This document shows positions 12,898 to 26,230 of a stretch of 64,000 bases of DNA, in pieces. A model generated the notes under the pieces. It saw nothing but the letters and a program-made list of their open reading frames with translations. It was not told where the DNA came from and ran no database searches. The stretch comes from Eledone cirrhosa (Eukaryota), in contig OZ024741.1 in NCBI GenBank assembly GCA_964016885.1, forward strand, positions 366,730,001 through 366,794,000. The letters run 5' to 3'. The position numbers and the translations under genes are program-made. Positions within the stretch are counted from its first letter, which is position 1, and each line of letters begins with the position of its first letter.

Positions 12898-15800
12898 GGC
12901 GACCTACGTAGTAAATCGTATTATCGTGAGCTCCGCAAAGGTTTGTCATTTTCAGTTGTTTAAAATTGCCATTTATGGAAAATGTTTATTGTTAATTGTA
13001 TATAAGTGCACATACATTGTTTTCTGAAAAGGACACTCAAAAATATTGGGGCCTTGAGCCCAAAATTTAAACTTTTATAATTATCAAACAAAAATTTTTC
13101 TTTGAAAAAAATCATGGACGACTCAAAGTCACACCTTCCTCACAAACTAACACCTCACACCGACACCACCATTGTAAATATTACTACGTTTGCCAACACT
13201 AAAAATATAAGCAGTAGCAATATTTTTAATTTGTCTCATGCAGACATTCATTTCCCGCCATTACCAATGACTGCAGGTGTTGAAGCCGCCACACACTACA
13301 CAGCATTAAATTTGAACAACAACCAATTATTACACTACATCCAACACAACACCAGCATCACAGAAAAAGACTACACAACAACCCAAAAGTTCACGCCACC
13401 TCCACACATACAAATCACTCGCATCACACAGAAAACGTACACGACACTAAAACAAAAATTCCCCAAAGACATCGGAGACTTCCGACAAGCACTCTCCAGG
13501 AGGATTTATAAGGACATCCTTCCGGAGGAGGCCAGAAGCGGTGAAAAGGATGGAGAAACCATCCTTCCTCTACGAGAAGTAAGGTAAGTGGTCTTTCCCA
13601 TCTTTTCCACTCCATTTCAACATGACCTCACTCAGAATAGGCAGCATAAATGCGCGTGGCTTGGGGTCGTCATGGAAGCAGGGTCACCTGCTCAGCGACC
13701 TCAGGTCACTAAACATAGATGTAGTGGCCATCAGCGAGACCAGAATCTCCGAAGCACGGGCCTTCGCACCGATCTTCGGCGGCTACGATGTGTACGCATC
13801 TCCCAGCCGTCCTGGATCGGGGGAGGAGTAGCTGTGCTTTTTCGGAGAGGTTTGGATCTCGCCATACGGAACATCTTCCACGACTCAGGGGGTAAGTTGG
13901 TGGTGCTGGACGTGAACAGCGGAGACGGGCAAGCTATCAGGCTAGTGGCCGTCTATGCCCCGACAGGAGCAGGGCGGCCTGATTTCTTCCGGCATCTGGA
14001 GACCTTTCTTGGAACGTCACGCTTTTTAGTGTTAGTGGGCGACTGGAACGGGATCCTAGATGCACGCTGGGACTGTGTGGGATTAACGGATAGGGGAGGA
14101 GGGTGCAAGAGCCTCACCAACCTGCTCAGGCGTTTTGTACTGTCTGACAGGTACCGATTGGATTTCCCGAATGTGCCAATGTGGACTTGGACAAATCGCA
14201 TAGGGTCATCCAGATCATATCTAGATAGAGTATATTTTGTAGGGAAATAGATAGGTCTAGCATAGGCTGTCCACAATTCAAGATAGTCAGCTACACGGAC
14301 CACAAATTCGTGATCTGTGTGCTTGACTTAGATAGGCTTCATAGACGAGGACCCGGCTACTGGAAGCTAAACGCGTCCTTACCAGCGCGCAAGGCCTACA
14401 GAGACCGGATTAGCGAACTAGTTAAGCGGGCGTTGACGGGGGCCATCGTCAACAACAAGTGGTGGTTTGCTCTGAAAAGAGCGATTAGAATAGAGTTCAT
14501 TAGGTTTAGTAAGGCTTTAGCAATAGAGAAAAATAGAGCAGCGGGAGAATTAGTTAGAAAATTAGACGAGGCGCTTAGCAAGGGCATCGCGACCGACGTA
14601 CTTGCGGCGAAATTGGCCCTTGATCAATTCTTCAATGCAAAGTACGAAGGCTGCGGAGTCAGAGCTAGGGTGCGTGCTCTCAGACAAGAAGGGACGAAAG
14701 CCGTTCAATGGGCCCGAGTGGCGGAGGCGCGTCGTGGCAACAAAGCCACGATCCGGTCTTTGGTGGACCACGACGGGCGCATGCTACTCGATCCCGGGCA
14801 AATGTGTGAAGCTTTTCAGCGACACTTCGCTCAGTTGTTCGGGGGCAGCGGCGGGCCGGATCGAGGAATGGACTTTAGTGTCTACCTCGACGGACTGCCG
14901 CGGCTCTCGGCCACTGAGGCGGAGTGTTGCGAAAAGCCGATAACAGCTGCTGAAGTACGGGAGGCAATGACTGGCTGCACAAGGGGTAAATCGCCTGGTT
15001 TGGATGGTCTGCCCTATGAACTTTACGTACAGATGCCAGACTTGTTCGGAGGCCTCTTGGCGGACGTCTACTGCAACTGGCAACAGAACGGGAGAATTCC
15101 CAGCTCTGTGAGCCGAGGAGCTGTGGCGCTGCTGAGAAAGGATCCGAACAAGGGGGATAACATAGATAATTTCAGGCCCATAACTCTGCTAAACACAGGG
15201 TTCAAGATTTTGGCCAAGGTACTAGCAAAGAGGTTGGCGCTTGTCGTTGGTGGTCTGGTGGGAGAGGCGCAGACATGCGCCATTCCCGACAGATCCATCC
15301 ACGACAACCTCCACCTCATGCGATACATCGTAGAGAGGTTAGCTAGGGAACCTGGCACGGGTGGGTCCTTGATCAATTTAGATCAGTCGAAAGCTTTCGA
15401 TAGGGTCGACCATCGTTACTTAACGGCAGTCCTGAGGGCGGCTGGCTTTGGGCCCGTCTTCAGAGGCTGGATCGCTGCCATGCACAGCGACATCTGCTCT
15501 GTGGTGAGAGTGAACGGTCACCTTTCGGAACCGTTCAACATCATGCGCTCGGTCCGCCAAGGATGTCCCCTCTCGTCCCTCTTGTACGTATTGACTCTCG
15601 AGCCATTACTGCACAAACTGGAGACGTTGAGGGGGATCCCGCGCGAACTAGGATGCGGAAGATCCGTGTCAGCATATGCGGACGATGTCACCGTAGTGGT
15701 GTCGAACGCCAAACACATCGAGGCGATCGGCACTACACTAAGAGAATACCAAGCGGTGACAAGAGCAATGATCAACCAGGAAAAGTCAGTGGGCCTGCAG

Positions 15801-16955
15801 CTCGGCACCTGGAGAGGCAGGTCCATGCCGTCCAACAGCGTCGTCGGGCGCTGGACGGACGGACCAGTTAAATTGCTAGGGGTCTGGTTCGGTCCGGACC
15901 TCCAGACGGACAAAAACTGGGACGAGGTGACGAGCAGGGTGGCTTCTCTCATCCAGAAATGGGCGGAGAGGAAGCTATGCCTGAAAGGTCGAGCGGAGGT
16001 GGCTAACGCGTCCATCATCTACTACCGCCTGACCGTCTTACCTTGTCCTAAGCCCCGCCTGACTGCGCTGGAGCGTTTGCTCTTTCGCTTTTTGTGGAAG
16101 GGACACGCTCCGATGGTCAGGAGGTACACCTGCTGTCAACCCCCGCAACGTGAGGGCTGGGCATGCCGTGGCTGATGATGCGCAGACGCGCTCAGGCTAC
16201 GACATCTCCACCTCTTCCTCGACGGTGATCAGGTGTGGTCGGCGTTTGCTCGACGCGTCTTTCCCCAGCTCGTCTCCTTGACGGAGCTGCAGTCCTGGGT
16301 CAAGCGAAGACCGAGAGGGAGCGCTTAGAGACTGGAATGTCTTCAGGCGCTCACAGCCCTCGACCAATCGGGCAATGTGATCGGTGGAAACTCCACCTTG
16401 GCGTTCTATAGAGGATTAGTGGAGGGGAAGAGCGACGACGTACTTGGAGAAACTCTAGGCGTCGACGAAAATCAACTAGCCAATCTCTTCGGAAGGACTT
16501 TCGGGCCGGGGCCTATGGACAACTTCCAGAAATCCCTGGCCTGGCAGTGCTACCGAGGAGCTTTGCCAGTTCGGGATAAACTCTACAGACATTGAGGTGC
16601 CGTCAGCCGGGCATGTCCGAGATGCGCGCAGGGTGACGAAACCGTCCTGCACGCACTCGTCCAGTGTCCGAGCATTGCTGACTTGTGGGTTTATGTCGAG
16701 CACCTGCTGTCACGTGTAGGACGGATCCGGCTATCAGCTGAGTCCATCTTGAGGATTGCCCCGCCCTCTTCCTTTAGCCTGGAAGGGCAGGCAGTTTTTA
16801 TCTGTCTGGTGGCCATGGCGAAAGAGATAATATGGTGGACACGTTTGAAAGGGCTGAAGACGAGCACTTACCTCTTCGGTGATGCCCTGATTAACTTTTT
16901 CAAATTTCATTTGAAACGGAAAATCAGGGTAGAGAGGGAAGTGCTCTCTTCCCAG
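12898..16955 (+). mobile_element. Tx1-clade (L1 superfamily) LINE: short ORF1 remnant plus disrupted APE-RT-CCHC ORF2; 3' end missing
   Basis: 5' 'gacctacgt..gagctc' directly after (ATT)n. ORF2 from 13622: SINARGL, VGDWN, SYLDR, DHK (APE); SPGLDG, FRPITLLN, DQSKAFDRV, RQGCPLS, YADD (RT); CPRC..ETVLHALVQC. Frameshifts near 13820 and 16150; stop at 14250. Confidence 0.93.
14310..16175 (+). pseudogene. Tx1 ORF2 reverse transcriptase segment (621 aa open)
   Basis: ORF track; QGCPLS and YADD motifs. Confidence 0.9.
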
Positions 16956-17784
16956 CAATTGTTTCTTCCCATAGAAATATACCACCGACAGCGAGTTATT
17001 TTATTTAACAATTTGCTATTATTTAACATAAACTATAGGAATCATCAGAGTTTAATTAAAATTCAAAACTATTAATAAAATATCAATACAAATCATTTAA
17101 GAATAACAGATAACACATATCACTTATCTAATTAAGTAGTAGGTCAAATAACAGGGTGTCAGGTATATTAAAATGCTTAAAAGTTATTTGGAAGAGTAGT
17201 AACTTTCCAATAAGGAATTAGAAATTATAGTTTTATCTGTGACACATCCCTATGGGAATAAACAATTGTCAGTGATTAAATGTCTTGAACTTTTCATTTT
17301 GGTTTATAAGCAAATTGTAACTATATACTGGCTCTGTTTGATCCTCTCATAGCATTGAGCTACAATACACCTAGTAAATGAATAAAATTTACTCTCATTA
17401 AAATATATATATATACATCCGCGAGCTTTCAACAGAAATAGTCGCATTCTTTAAGGGTATGTCAATATTTATTTATAAAACTGATCTATATTATATTTTA
17501 TCTGATGAAAGCGCACCATAATTTGACTTGGTGTCCTTGAAATATGTATAATGAAATAAATATGGTTTTATAAATATAGTTTCCATTTGTTAATATATTG
17601 TATTTTTACTCCAATAATTTGTTGAGTGCTTTATATCAGTTATAAAAATATTTGCTTGTTGCATCCCAAAAAATTAAATATAACTTCTCCATATATATAT
17701 ATATATATATATCGGTGCCCCAGCATGGCCTCAGCCGGATGGCTGAAACAGGTAAAAGAGAGAATATATATATATATATATATG

Positions 17785-18177
17785 GGATAACAAGTTATCG
17801 TTGTAGGTAATGCAGTTAGAGATTGTGAGTACTCTACTGTGGATAGTTTTAACGTACGGCTTTGTTTGACTCAACAAGATGTTTCCATAGTTATGCAGCG
17901 AGTTCGCGGGAATTCCTATGCAGGTTATACTTGGAGTAATAATAGTGAAAGATTGAAGAATAACATGGTCGACTGTACAACAAGGGGCTTTATTTCAAGT
18001 ATTAACAATTGTTTCATTGATCAGGTGAGTCTAGAGGCCGCTAATCACTCGAGTGACGCAACTTCATGTGATTAGCAGTCTTCAGACTCACCTGATCAAT
18101 GAAACAATCGTTAATACTTGAAACAAAGCCCCTTGTTGTACAGCCGACCATGTTATTCTTCAATCTTTCACTATTAT
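17785..18177. repeat. (TA)n-flanked element with 110-bp-arm hairpin, probably an inverted PLE pLTR
   Basis: 17939-18048 vs 18068-18177; 7 mismatches, all transitions, no indels; 19-nt loop. Confidence 0.85.
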
Positions 18178-18191
18178 ATATATATTCTATT

Positions 18192-18275
<84 letters not shown>

Positions 18276-18471
18276 TATATAAATATAGAAGAAACAAGGT
18301 GCTGTTTGGTTACTGATAATGTGTATTTAGAAATGAAAGGAAAGCACAAACAAGGGACAGCTCCCTTCTTCAGTTGTCTGCTGGTGGGTCTCGGATGTTT
18401 CAACACATTAAAGACAATACGCCTATCCCCTGCGCGTCAATAACTTTGGGGGGAGGAAAAAAGAGAGAGAA

Positions 18472-18515
<44 letters not shown>

Positions 18516-18517
<2 letters not shown>

Positions 18518-18666
18518 CGAAGGAAATGTGGTAAGGAACCAGGTGGACCATAACGCACCAAAGTACTCAATACTTAGGGTAGTAGAGTGGGTAATAGGAA
18601 CAAGTAAGACCCCGACGGCTGAGCTCAAGCCGTTTCGACGGCTAATTCTGTACAGAATTACTTGTT

Positions 18667-18670
<4 letters not shown>
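18516..18670 (-). mobile_element. Short PLE pLTR-like element in (TA)n (copy 1)
   Basis: Near-identical to 20106-20243; has a short terminal inversion (tacttgttccta). Confidence 0.65.
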
Positions 18671-18733
<63 letters not shown>

Positions 18734-19792
18734 AGCTACGTAGTTAATCAGATAACAGTGTAACAAATGGACCAGCAATCCCATTAAAAAGGTCTGCTAA
18801 ATATAGGAATACATATTCCGGTATTTCTGTATTCTTATAATCCGATATTCCTTAGCACCAACATCGCCTCATATTTTATTCATCTGTGTACTTATATTTC
18901 TAACTTTCTGGGAACAATATGTCTGCGTTAGACGAAGATACAGTGTGTGAGAGAGAGGGGGAAAGAGAGAGGGAGAGAGTGAGAGAGTGAGAGAGAGAGA
19001 GAGAGCATCAGTGTGTGTGTATAGCTGTATGTATATATATACATACACACACACACATACATATATGTATCATATATATATATATATATTTGTATATATA
19101 TGTATATATATATACACCCTACAAATGCATGCATACATGCTTACATACTTAAATTCATACATATTTACTATATTAATTATACATACATATATACATACAC
19201 ATGCATATATGTATACATACATAAATTCATACACACATACATACATACAAACACGCATACATGATATACACACATACGTAGATACATACACACATACATA
19301 GATATATAGATACATACATACATACAAACATACATACATACAAACACACATACACACATACATACTTACACACATACATACATACGTACATACATACATA
19401 CATACATACATCCATACATACACACATACATACACACATACATACACACACATACATACATACATATATACACACATACTAGCGTCAATTAACAGCGAAT
19501 CCCTAAATCCAATTAGTTTTCCTCCCTAGGGCCAATTACGCCTTATTGGTCTTTTAAATCAATTGATAGCAAGCTGCAAACATGCATTGGTGTGTGTGTG
19601 TGTGTGTGTGTACGAGATAGTGTGTGTGTGTGTGTATGAATGTGTGTGTATTTGTGTGTGTATTAGGCAGAGCATATTTATATGTGTGTCTGTGTGTGCT
19701 TGTGTGTGTGCGTGTATGTGTGCGTGTGTGTGTGCGTGTGTGTGAGTATGCATATGCACATATATATATATATATATATATATACTGGTGTA

Positions 19793-19832
<40 letters not shown>

Positions 19833-19925
19833 TACGTGTGTTTCTATGTGTAAATACCTATATATGTATATGTGTATATATATATGCATATGTATATATA
19901 TGTATATATATATATATATATATCT

Positions 19926-20003
<78 letters not shown>

Positions 20004-20066
20004 ATATATATATGTGTGTATATATTTGTGTGTGTGTATATATATGTGTATATATATATTTTCATT

Positions 20067-20100
<34 letters not shown>

Positions 20101-20105
20101 TATAT

Positions 20106-20315
20106 AACGAAGGAAATGTGGTAAGGAACCAGATGGACCATAACGCACCAAAGTACTCAATACTTAGGGTAATAGAGTTGGTAATAGGAACAAGTATGAC
20201 CCCGACGGCAGAGCTCAAGCCGTTTCGACGGCTAATTCTGGACTGAATTAGCCGTCCAGAATTAGCCGTCGAAACGGCTTGAGCTCTGCCGTCGGGGTCA
20301 TACTTGTTCCTATTA
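20106..20315 (-). mobile_element. Short PLE pLTR-like element in (TA)n (copy 2) with perfect 62-bp inversion and the 3' half of an HHR
   Basis: 20182-20243/20254-20315 are exact inverted copies; minus strand reads gacggctaattc-loop-gaattagccgtc-GAAAC. Confidence 0.65.
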
Positions 20316-20541
20316 TATATATAGATAGATAGATGTCTGTGTACGTCTTTATGTTAGTATGAAATCCATCATCTTTCTCACTTGTCAAATATGCTTTCCA
20401 CAGAACTGGCAGAACTGATTACACACACTTCCAAATCCTTGCAATCAAACACGTGTGTATATGAGTATACGTGTGTATATATGTGAGAGTATATGCCTGT
20501 TATACGTATATGAGAATATATATGAGTATATATTTATATGA

Positions 20542-20580
<39 letters not shown>

Positions 20581-20585
<5 letters not shown>

Positions 20586-21212
20586 CATATTAAAATCCAA
20601 AAACAAACTACTTAACGATAGAATTGAACGATCATTATACTGCAACCACATCTATGAACCTGCCCTCTGGGGCAATAAATAATTCCGACCTTAACTATCA
20701 ACGCATCTCTCCAAAAGTAACCAGTATAATAAAACCCCTACCACAACATTTTGATTAAGATATCTACAAACCACTCTCTCCTACTTCTCCAACCCCTGCA
20801 TATCTTTCTCTCTCTCTCTCTCTCTCCCTCTCCCCTACTTTTTTCTCTCTTCCTTTCCTACTCTATCTTCCCCAACAACCCCACTTAAAGGTATTTACAT
20901 TGTACATTTTACCATTCTGCTCTGAGGATACAGTGGTCACAGCATTGGATATTTGAGTTCTGCAAATTCTTGTACATTTGCACATAGCATAACTAGGCTG
21001 TAGTACCACCGTGGAAACATTTGTAAGCACACGGAATAAATTACCTTTTTATGATGTCTACCTGTTATTATTCATTCTTTATATACACTCCGGAATACAG
21101 AAGGATCAGGAACTAAGTTTCTTCAACAATTCTTCCATAACTCGTAGAGTAACCTCTCACCGTACGTCAACCATATCCAGTGTTGTAATTAACATCTTGG
21201 GTAATCCTATAC

Positions 21213-21215
<3 letters not shown>
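20581..21215 (+). mobile_element. 3' end of a second Naiad-like PLE family (GIY-YIG tail, 3' UTR, HHR) in (TA)n
   Basis: Frame from 20581 reads YYILKSKNKLLNDRIERSLYCNH, matching IMKSKDILLNKRQELIISCNH of the element at 1-1839; (TA)n on both sides. Confidence 0.75.
20914..21037 (+). ncRNA. Type I hammerhead ribozyme motif with ~85-nt stem II
   Basis: tgct-CTGAGGA(20922-28)-tacagtggt...accaccgtg-GAAA(21014-17)-c-attt-g-TA-agca; outer attc/gaat pairing; GUA site. Confidence 0.72.
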
Positions 21216-21256
<41 letters not shown>

Positions 21257-21489
21257 ATACAATAACAGAGATAGTTTAAAGCTAAACTCTGACTGGTAAC
21301 CATCTCACTCAACAAACATTAGGTTATATTTTAATATAATCCCAATTTAAGTGTTTGGGGTGCTAACAATATGTATTATGTGGAAAAGCCAGTTGTATTA
21401 TTTTATGAGATATAATTAAAGTTAAAATATATCTCTCTTTCCAAAGATATATATATATATATATGTGTGCGTGTGTGTATATGAGTGTG

Positions 21490-21529
<40 letters not shown>

Positions 21530-21654
21530 TATTAAGTTGTTAAACAATATTCGATATATATATGTGTGTGTGTGTTTGTGTGTGCTAAGACTCACAGTCT
21601 CTTCTCCGTAAATACACACATTCATACATGCACACATACATACATGTATACACG

Positions 21655-21687
<33 letters not shown>

Positions 21688-22360
21688 GTGTGTGAAGAGA
21701 GAAAGAGGAAATGAAAGGGCCACTTATCTATTTATCTATCTATCTATTTATCCACACCCTATCCTTTACATCTCTTCAACCCTTCTCACGTTCTCACGTT
21801 TACAATTGTGGCCCCATCCTCACCTCTACCATCCCCACCTCTACCATCACCACCCCTACCATCCCCACCACCATTTCAAACTACATAGACCGACCAATAT
21901 ATTTATTTAAATGATTTTGTTTATTTTGTTGTTTTTGTTTTCTCATCGTAAACCCTTCTTGCTTCATTTGACATATTAATCTTATTTATCAAAATGTTAG
22001 CAGCAATGCTCTCCCTTTATCTAATCAATGGAAAGGTTTTCACAATCGATTTTTTTTTTATATTTTTTTTATTTTTATGTTTAATTTTTTTTTTTTTTTG
22101 GCAATTAAGAAGAAATAAGAAAATAAACCCGATATATTTTACACACACTAGCGACACCAGTTTTCATATCTTGTGGGACAGTTTTAATCACAAAGTATCG
22201 GCAAATTCTGTCTTTAGTTGTTTATATTTCGTTTGTTTGTTGTTGTTGTTGTTGTTGTTGTTGTTGCTTTGGCCCAGTAGCATACAAATTCATTGTGAAT
22301 GAAATAGAACCTTAGTATATTATATGTATAAATACGTGTGTTTGTGTGTGTGTGTGTACG

Positions 22361-22447
<87 letters not shown>

Positions 22448-23357
22448 AAAAAGTAACATAGCAGATCGACAACAAATGATGGGTAAAGTACAAGACTTGA
22501 AAAAAAAATTAATATTCAAGGCGATGTGATCGACTAAAATTTCTGGTGGCGGTTTTTCAGTCTAATGACTGAAACAAATAAAAATAAAACCATACAAATT
22601 CGGAGGCTGTTGAGGCTGCGGAGGCAGGAAGAGACACAATGTGGTTAAATTAGATCTTTGTTATGTAATCAAATTGACTCCTCCATATGTTATCGACCCC
22701 GGGAAGGATAAAAAGCTTATTGAACCCAGACAGGATTTTCAATCTGAATGTGAAGGGACATAATTAATACTGCAGAATATTGTTTCTGCCATTCCCAGAC
22801 CTGCCAATCTCTAAAAACCTCAATGAAAAAAAGTGCCCCAAAAAGAGGAGAAATGAGGCGAAATGGGGGAGATTTTACATAATGAAAGCTATAGCTATTT
22901 TCACAAGAGAAGACATCTCTCACCCACCCCAAAGTGGGTGGTAGATCTCCCCGTCGAACGGAGAAAGTTGACAGTCTGCACTACTTTGTCTTCATATGCA
23001 AGGATATTTACCTTTGCCTTTCATTTAGTGGCATGGAGAGATGATGACTGCTGGGCTTCCACAAAATATTTTGGTCAGGCTTGCACCTTGGAGTGGAACT
23101 TTCCAGCTGCAAACTCATAGTCAGCCATGACTGAGTGGGGCTTCAGATCAATATATTCGGTAAAATGGACATTACTAATTGCTATGACGAGTGAATTGTG
23201 TTATAATGGTGTGCCACACCTGTTTATATATCTGTACGAGACAAGAGTAAAACCAAAGTATCCACCAGGCGGCTTGATATTCATTTCAACAAACTTTCCA
23301 GTTAAATAACATCAATGACTGAGACTCAAAGAATAACAACAATAATAATAATAATAA

Positions 23358-23607
23358 TGATTTCATTTATTGACCACAAGAGCTGACATGTAGGGGACAG
23401 TATAAAGACAGGGACAGTGGGGTTTACAATAAGGTCGAGTAAAAGTGCATAATGGCAAGACTAATTTAACAATGAAAATATACAAATATAAAATAAACTA
23501 TGTATAAATATAACAAAATAAATAAATTCCCCTATCGGGGGTGGACGACCCTGGGGTGACTCAGGTACCCCACCAATCCTGAACCACCCTGCGCGTCTAG
23601 GGCACCC
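23358..23607 (-). mobile_element. Tx1 3' UTR fragment (ATT lineage) with (AAT)n on both sides
   Basis: Reverse complement resembles 12790-12880; (AAT)n at 23340-23357 and 23608-23627. Confidence 0.8.
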
Positions 23608-23625
23608 AATAATAATAATAATAAT

Positions 23626-23790
23626 AATTGTTTCTACTTTTGGCACAAGGCCAGCAATTATCCCAGTGCATTACTGGTACTTTATTTTATCGACCCCGTA
23701 AGGATAAAAGGCAAAGGTAACCTCGGTGGGATTTGAACTCAGACCGTAAAGGCATGGTGTCCGGCACTCTACCGATACTGCCAATCCACC
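23626..23790 (-). mobile_element. tRNA-derived SINE (main family)
   Basis: A-box tggcagtatcgg, B-box gagttcaaatcc, core gcctttcatccttacggggtcgataaaataaagtaccag (Meta-domain-like). Confidence 0.85.
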
Positions 23791-24010
23791 AAAACAACAG
23801 TTACAACAACAATAATAACAACAGCAATATGCAATTGGTTGTTTAATCTTCAATGTTATTTAGTCAACTAACTGGCTGCGTATCGTCAAAAATGACGGCT
23901 AATTGTAATATCTATACATAATATAAAAAACAGATGTTTGTTTGTTGGTTGGCTGGTTGGTTGGTTCCTTCGCGCTCACTCACACAAGTGATACAAACAC
24001 ACAAACACAC

Positions 24011-24305
24011 TTCTTCCGTCCTCAGTCGACGTTATCACTCCTTCCTTCTTCAGTCGACGTAATCACCCCTTCCTTCCTCAGTCGACGTAATCACCATTCC
24101 TTCTTCAGTTGACGTTATCACCCCTTCTTCCTCAGTCGGCGTAATCACCTTTTCCTTCCTCAGTCGACTTAATCATCCCTTCCTTCCTCAGTCGATGTAA
24201 TCACCCCTTCCTTCCTCGGTCGACGTTATCAACCCTTCCTTCCTCAGTCGACATAATCACCCCTTCCTTCTTCAGTTGACGTTATCACCCCTTTCTTCTT
24301 CAGTC
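24011..24305. repeat. 28-bp minisatellite, ~10 copies, within Helitron-like non-autonomous sequence
   Basis: Unit cctcagtcgacgtaatcaccccttcctt; 28-nt period (24021, 24049, 24077...). Confidence 0.9.
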
Positions 24306-24748
24306 ATCTCTAGTGTGTGACGGACAAATACACAAGGCTTTTATATTAGTAGACTAGCTGGCCCAGTGCTTTCAAAAATGACGGCTAAAGAGTAGATGTG
24401 GCCGTTTTATATTCTTGATAATTCTAATTTATTTCGATATTGTTAGGGACCTGGCTCCTTGAACAACACTTACACACAAACACTCACACAAGTGGAGCCA
24501 ATCTAAGAACGCTAGTTAAAAATAATTATTACATACACATACATCTACACAAACATATACATACTCAGAGAAAATAATTATTTCATATACACGCATATAT
24601 GTGTGCATGAGTATGTGTGTCTGTATGCGTGTGTGTGCACATATGTCTACATTTATATGTATGAGTAACAGAGGTGTAACGAACGCTGTTCTCTGTTTTC
24701 TTTGCGTGACGGACAAAAATACAAGAGCATTATATATTAGTAGATAGT

Positions 24749-24926
24749 GAATTGGCAGTATCGGTAGAGAGTCGGACGCCATGCTTTGCAGCATAGTTAC
24801 ATCCCTTTACGATCTGAGTTCAAATCCCGCCGAGGTTAACTTTGCCTTTCATCCTTACGGGGTCGATAAAATAAAGTACCAGTAATGTACTGGGTAATTG
24901 CTGGCCTTGTGCCAAAAGTAGAAACA
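24749..24926 (+). mobile_element. tRNA-derived SINE with 20-bp target-site duplication
   Basis: A/B boxes; attatatattagtagatagt at 24729-24748 and 24927-24946. Confidence 0.9.
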
Positions 24927-25187
24927 ATTATATATTAGTAGATAGTTTGGTACGTTTTAATAAAGTCGGACATAGAATGTCATTCGTTATAAAGTAAGTG
25001 GGCGTGAAAACTGTCAAATAGAAAACAGGGGGTGGGATATAGAATTGTCTTGTTTTGTTCTTGTTTATGTAAAGGTTAAAAACTAAAAGAAAATAAAGAA
25101 AGAAAAATAGAAAAAAAAGTATAATAAATAAAAAATGAAATCAAGAAAATAAGTGAAACAAAATTTAAAAGTTTGAAAAAAAAAACG

Positions 25188-26156
25188 AAGGCCACCAATT
25201 TGAAGGGAAGGAAATGTCGAGTAAATCGACTCTAGTTAATTGTACTTTATTTTTCGACTCCGTAAGGATGAAAGGCAAAGCTAACCTTGGTGGGATTTGA
25301 ACTCAGAACATAAAGAACCGTAACTATATACCACAAAGCATGTTGTCCAATGCTCTTCCGATCCACTGCAGGAAAATAATGATTTTTGGTTTAGGTACAA
25401 GGCCAATAATAAGGGGAGGGAAAAGTTGATTAAATCGACCCCAGTGCGTGACTTGTACTTTATTTTATCGACCCCGTAAGAATGAAAGACAAAGCTAACC
25501 TCGATGGGATTTGAACTAATGCCAATCTAACACCTTGACAGCAGGAAAATAATGGTTTCTACTATAGGCACAAGGCTATCAATTTGGGGGGGGGGGAGAA
25601 AAGTCAATTAAATCGATCCAGCGCATTACTGGTAATTTATTTTATCGATCCCGTAAGGATGAAAGGCAAAGCTAACCTCTCAGCAGGATTTGAACTCAGA
25701 ACGTAAAGGGCCGTAATTCTGTGTCGCTAAGCATAATTTCCGACGCACTATCGATTCTGTCAATCCACCGCCCTGACCGCAGGAAAACAATTGTTTCTAC
25801 TTTTGGCACAAGGCCAGCAATTATATCCCAGTGCATTACTGGTACTTTATTTTATTGACCCCGTAAGGATGAAAGGCAAAGTTAACCTCGGCAGGATTTG
25901 AACTCAGACCGTAAAGGGACGTAACTATGCTGGAAAGCATGGCGTCCGACTCTCTACCGATACTGCCAAAATAATACAAAATATTTCTGGTAAAAACTGT
26001 GGTCATTAGCTGACGTTATTTGAAGAGGCCAGTCAACTCTTTATCGACCTCGAAAGGATGAAAGGCCATGTGGGACCTAATGGGATTTGAACTCAGAAAG
26101 CAGAGATCTTGAACAAATATCCAACACTCTAACAATTCTGTCAATTCCACCGCCTT
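25188..26156 (-). mobile_element. Tandem cluster of ~5 SINE copies
   Basis: Repeated ggatttgaactc/aggatgaaaggcaaag units at ~25190, 25375, 25550, 25790 and 26020. Confidence 0.85.
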
Positions 26157-26230
26157 AGCATTAATACATACATACATACATACATACATACATACATACA
26201 TACATACATACATACATACATACATACATG

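Noticed and set aside
22930-23170. MULE transposase remnant (LKPHSVMADYEFAA, minus strand)
   Set aside because: Only one short motif; too weak to call.
24011-24305. CRISPR-like 28-bp repeat array
   Set aside because: The units are contiguous with no unique spacers, and the context is eukaryotic; this is a minisatellite.
24749-24835. tRNA genes
   Set aside because: The A/B boxes are SINE heads with an extended spacer and no cloverleaf.
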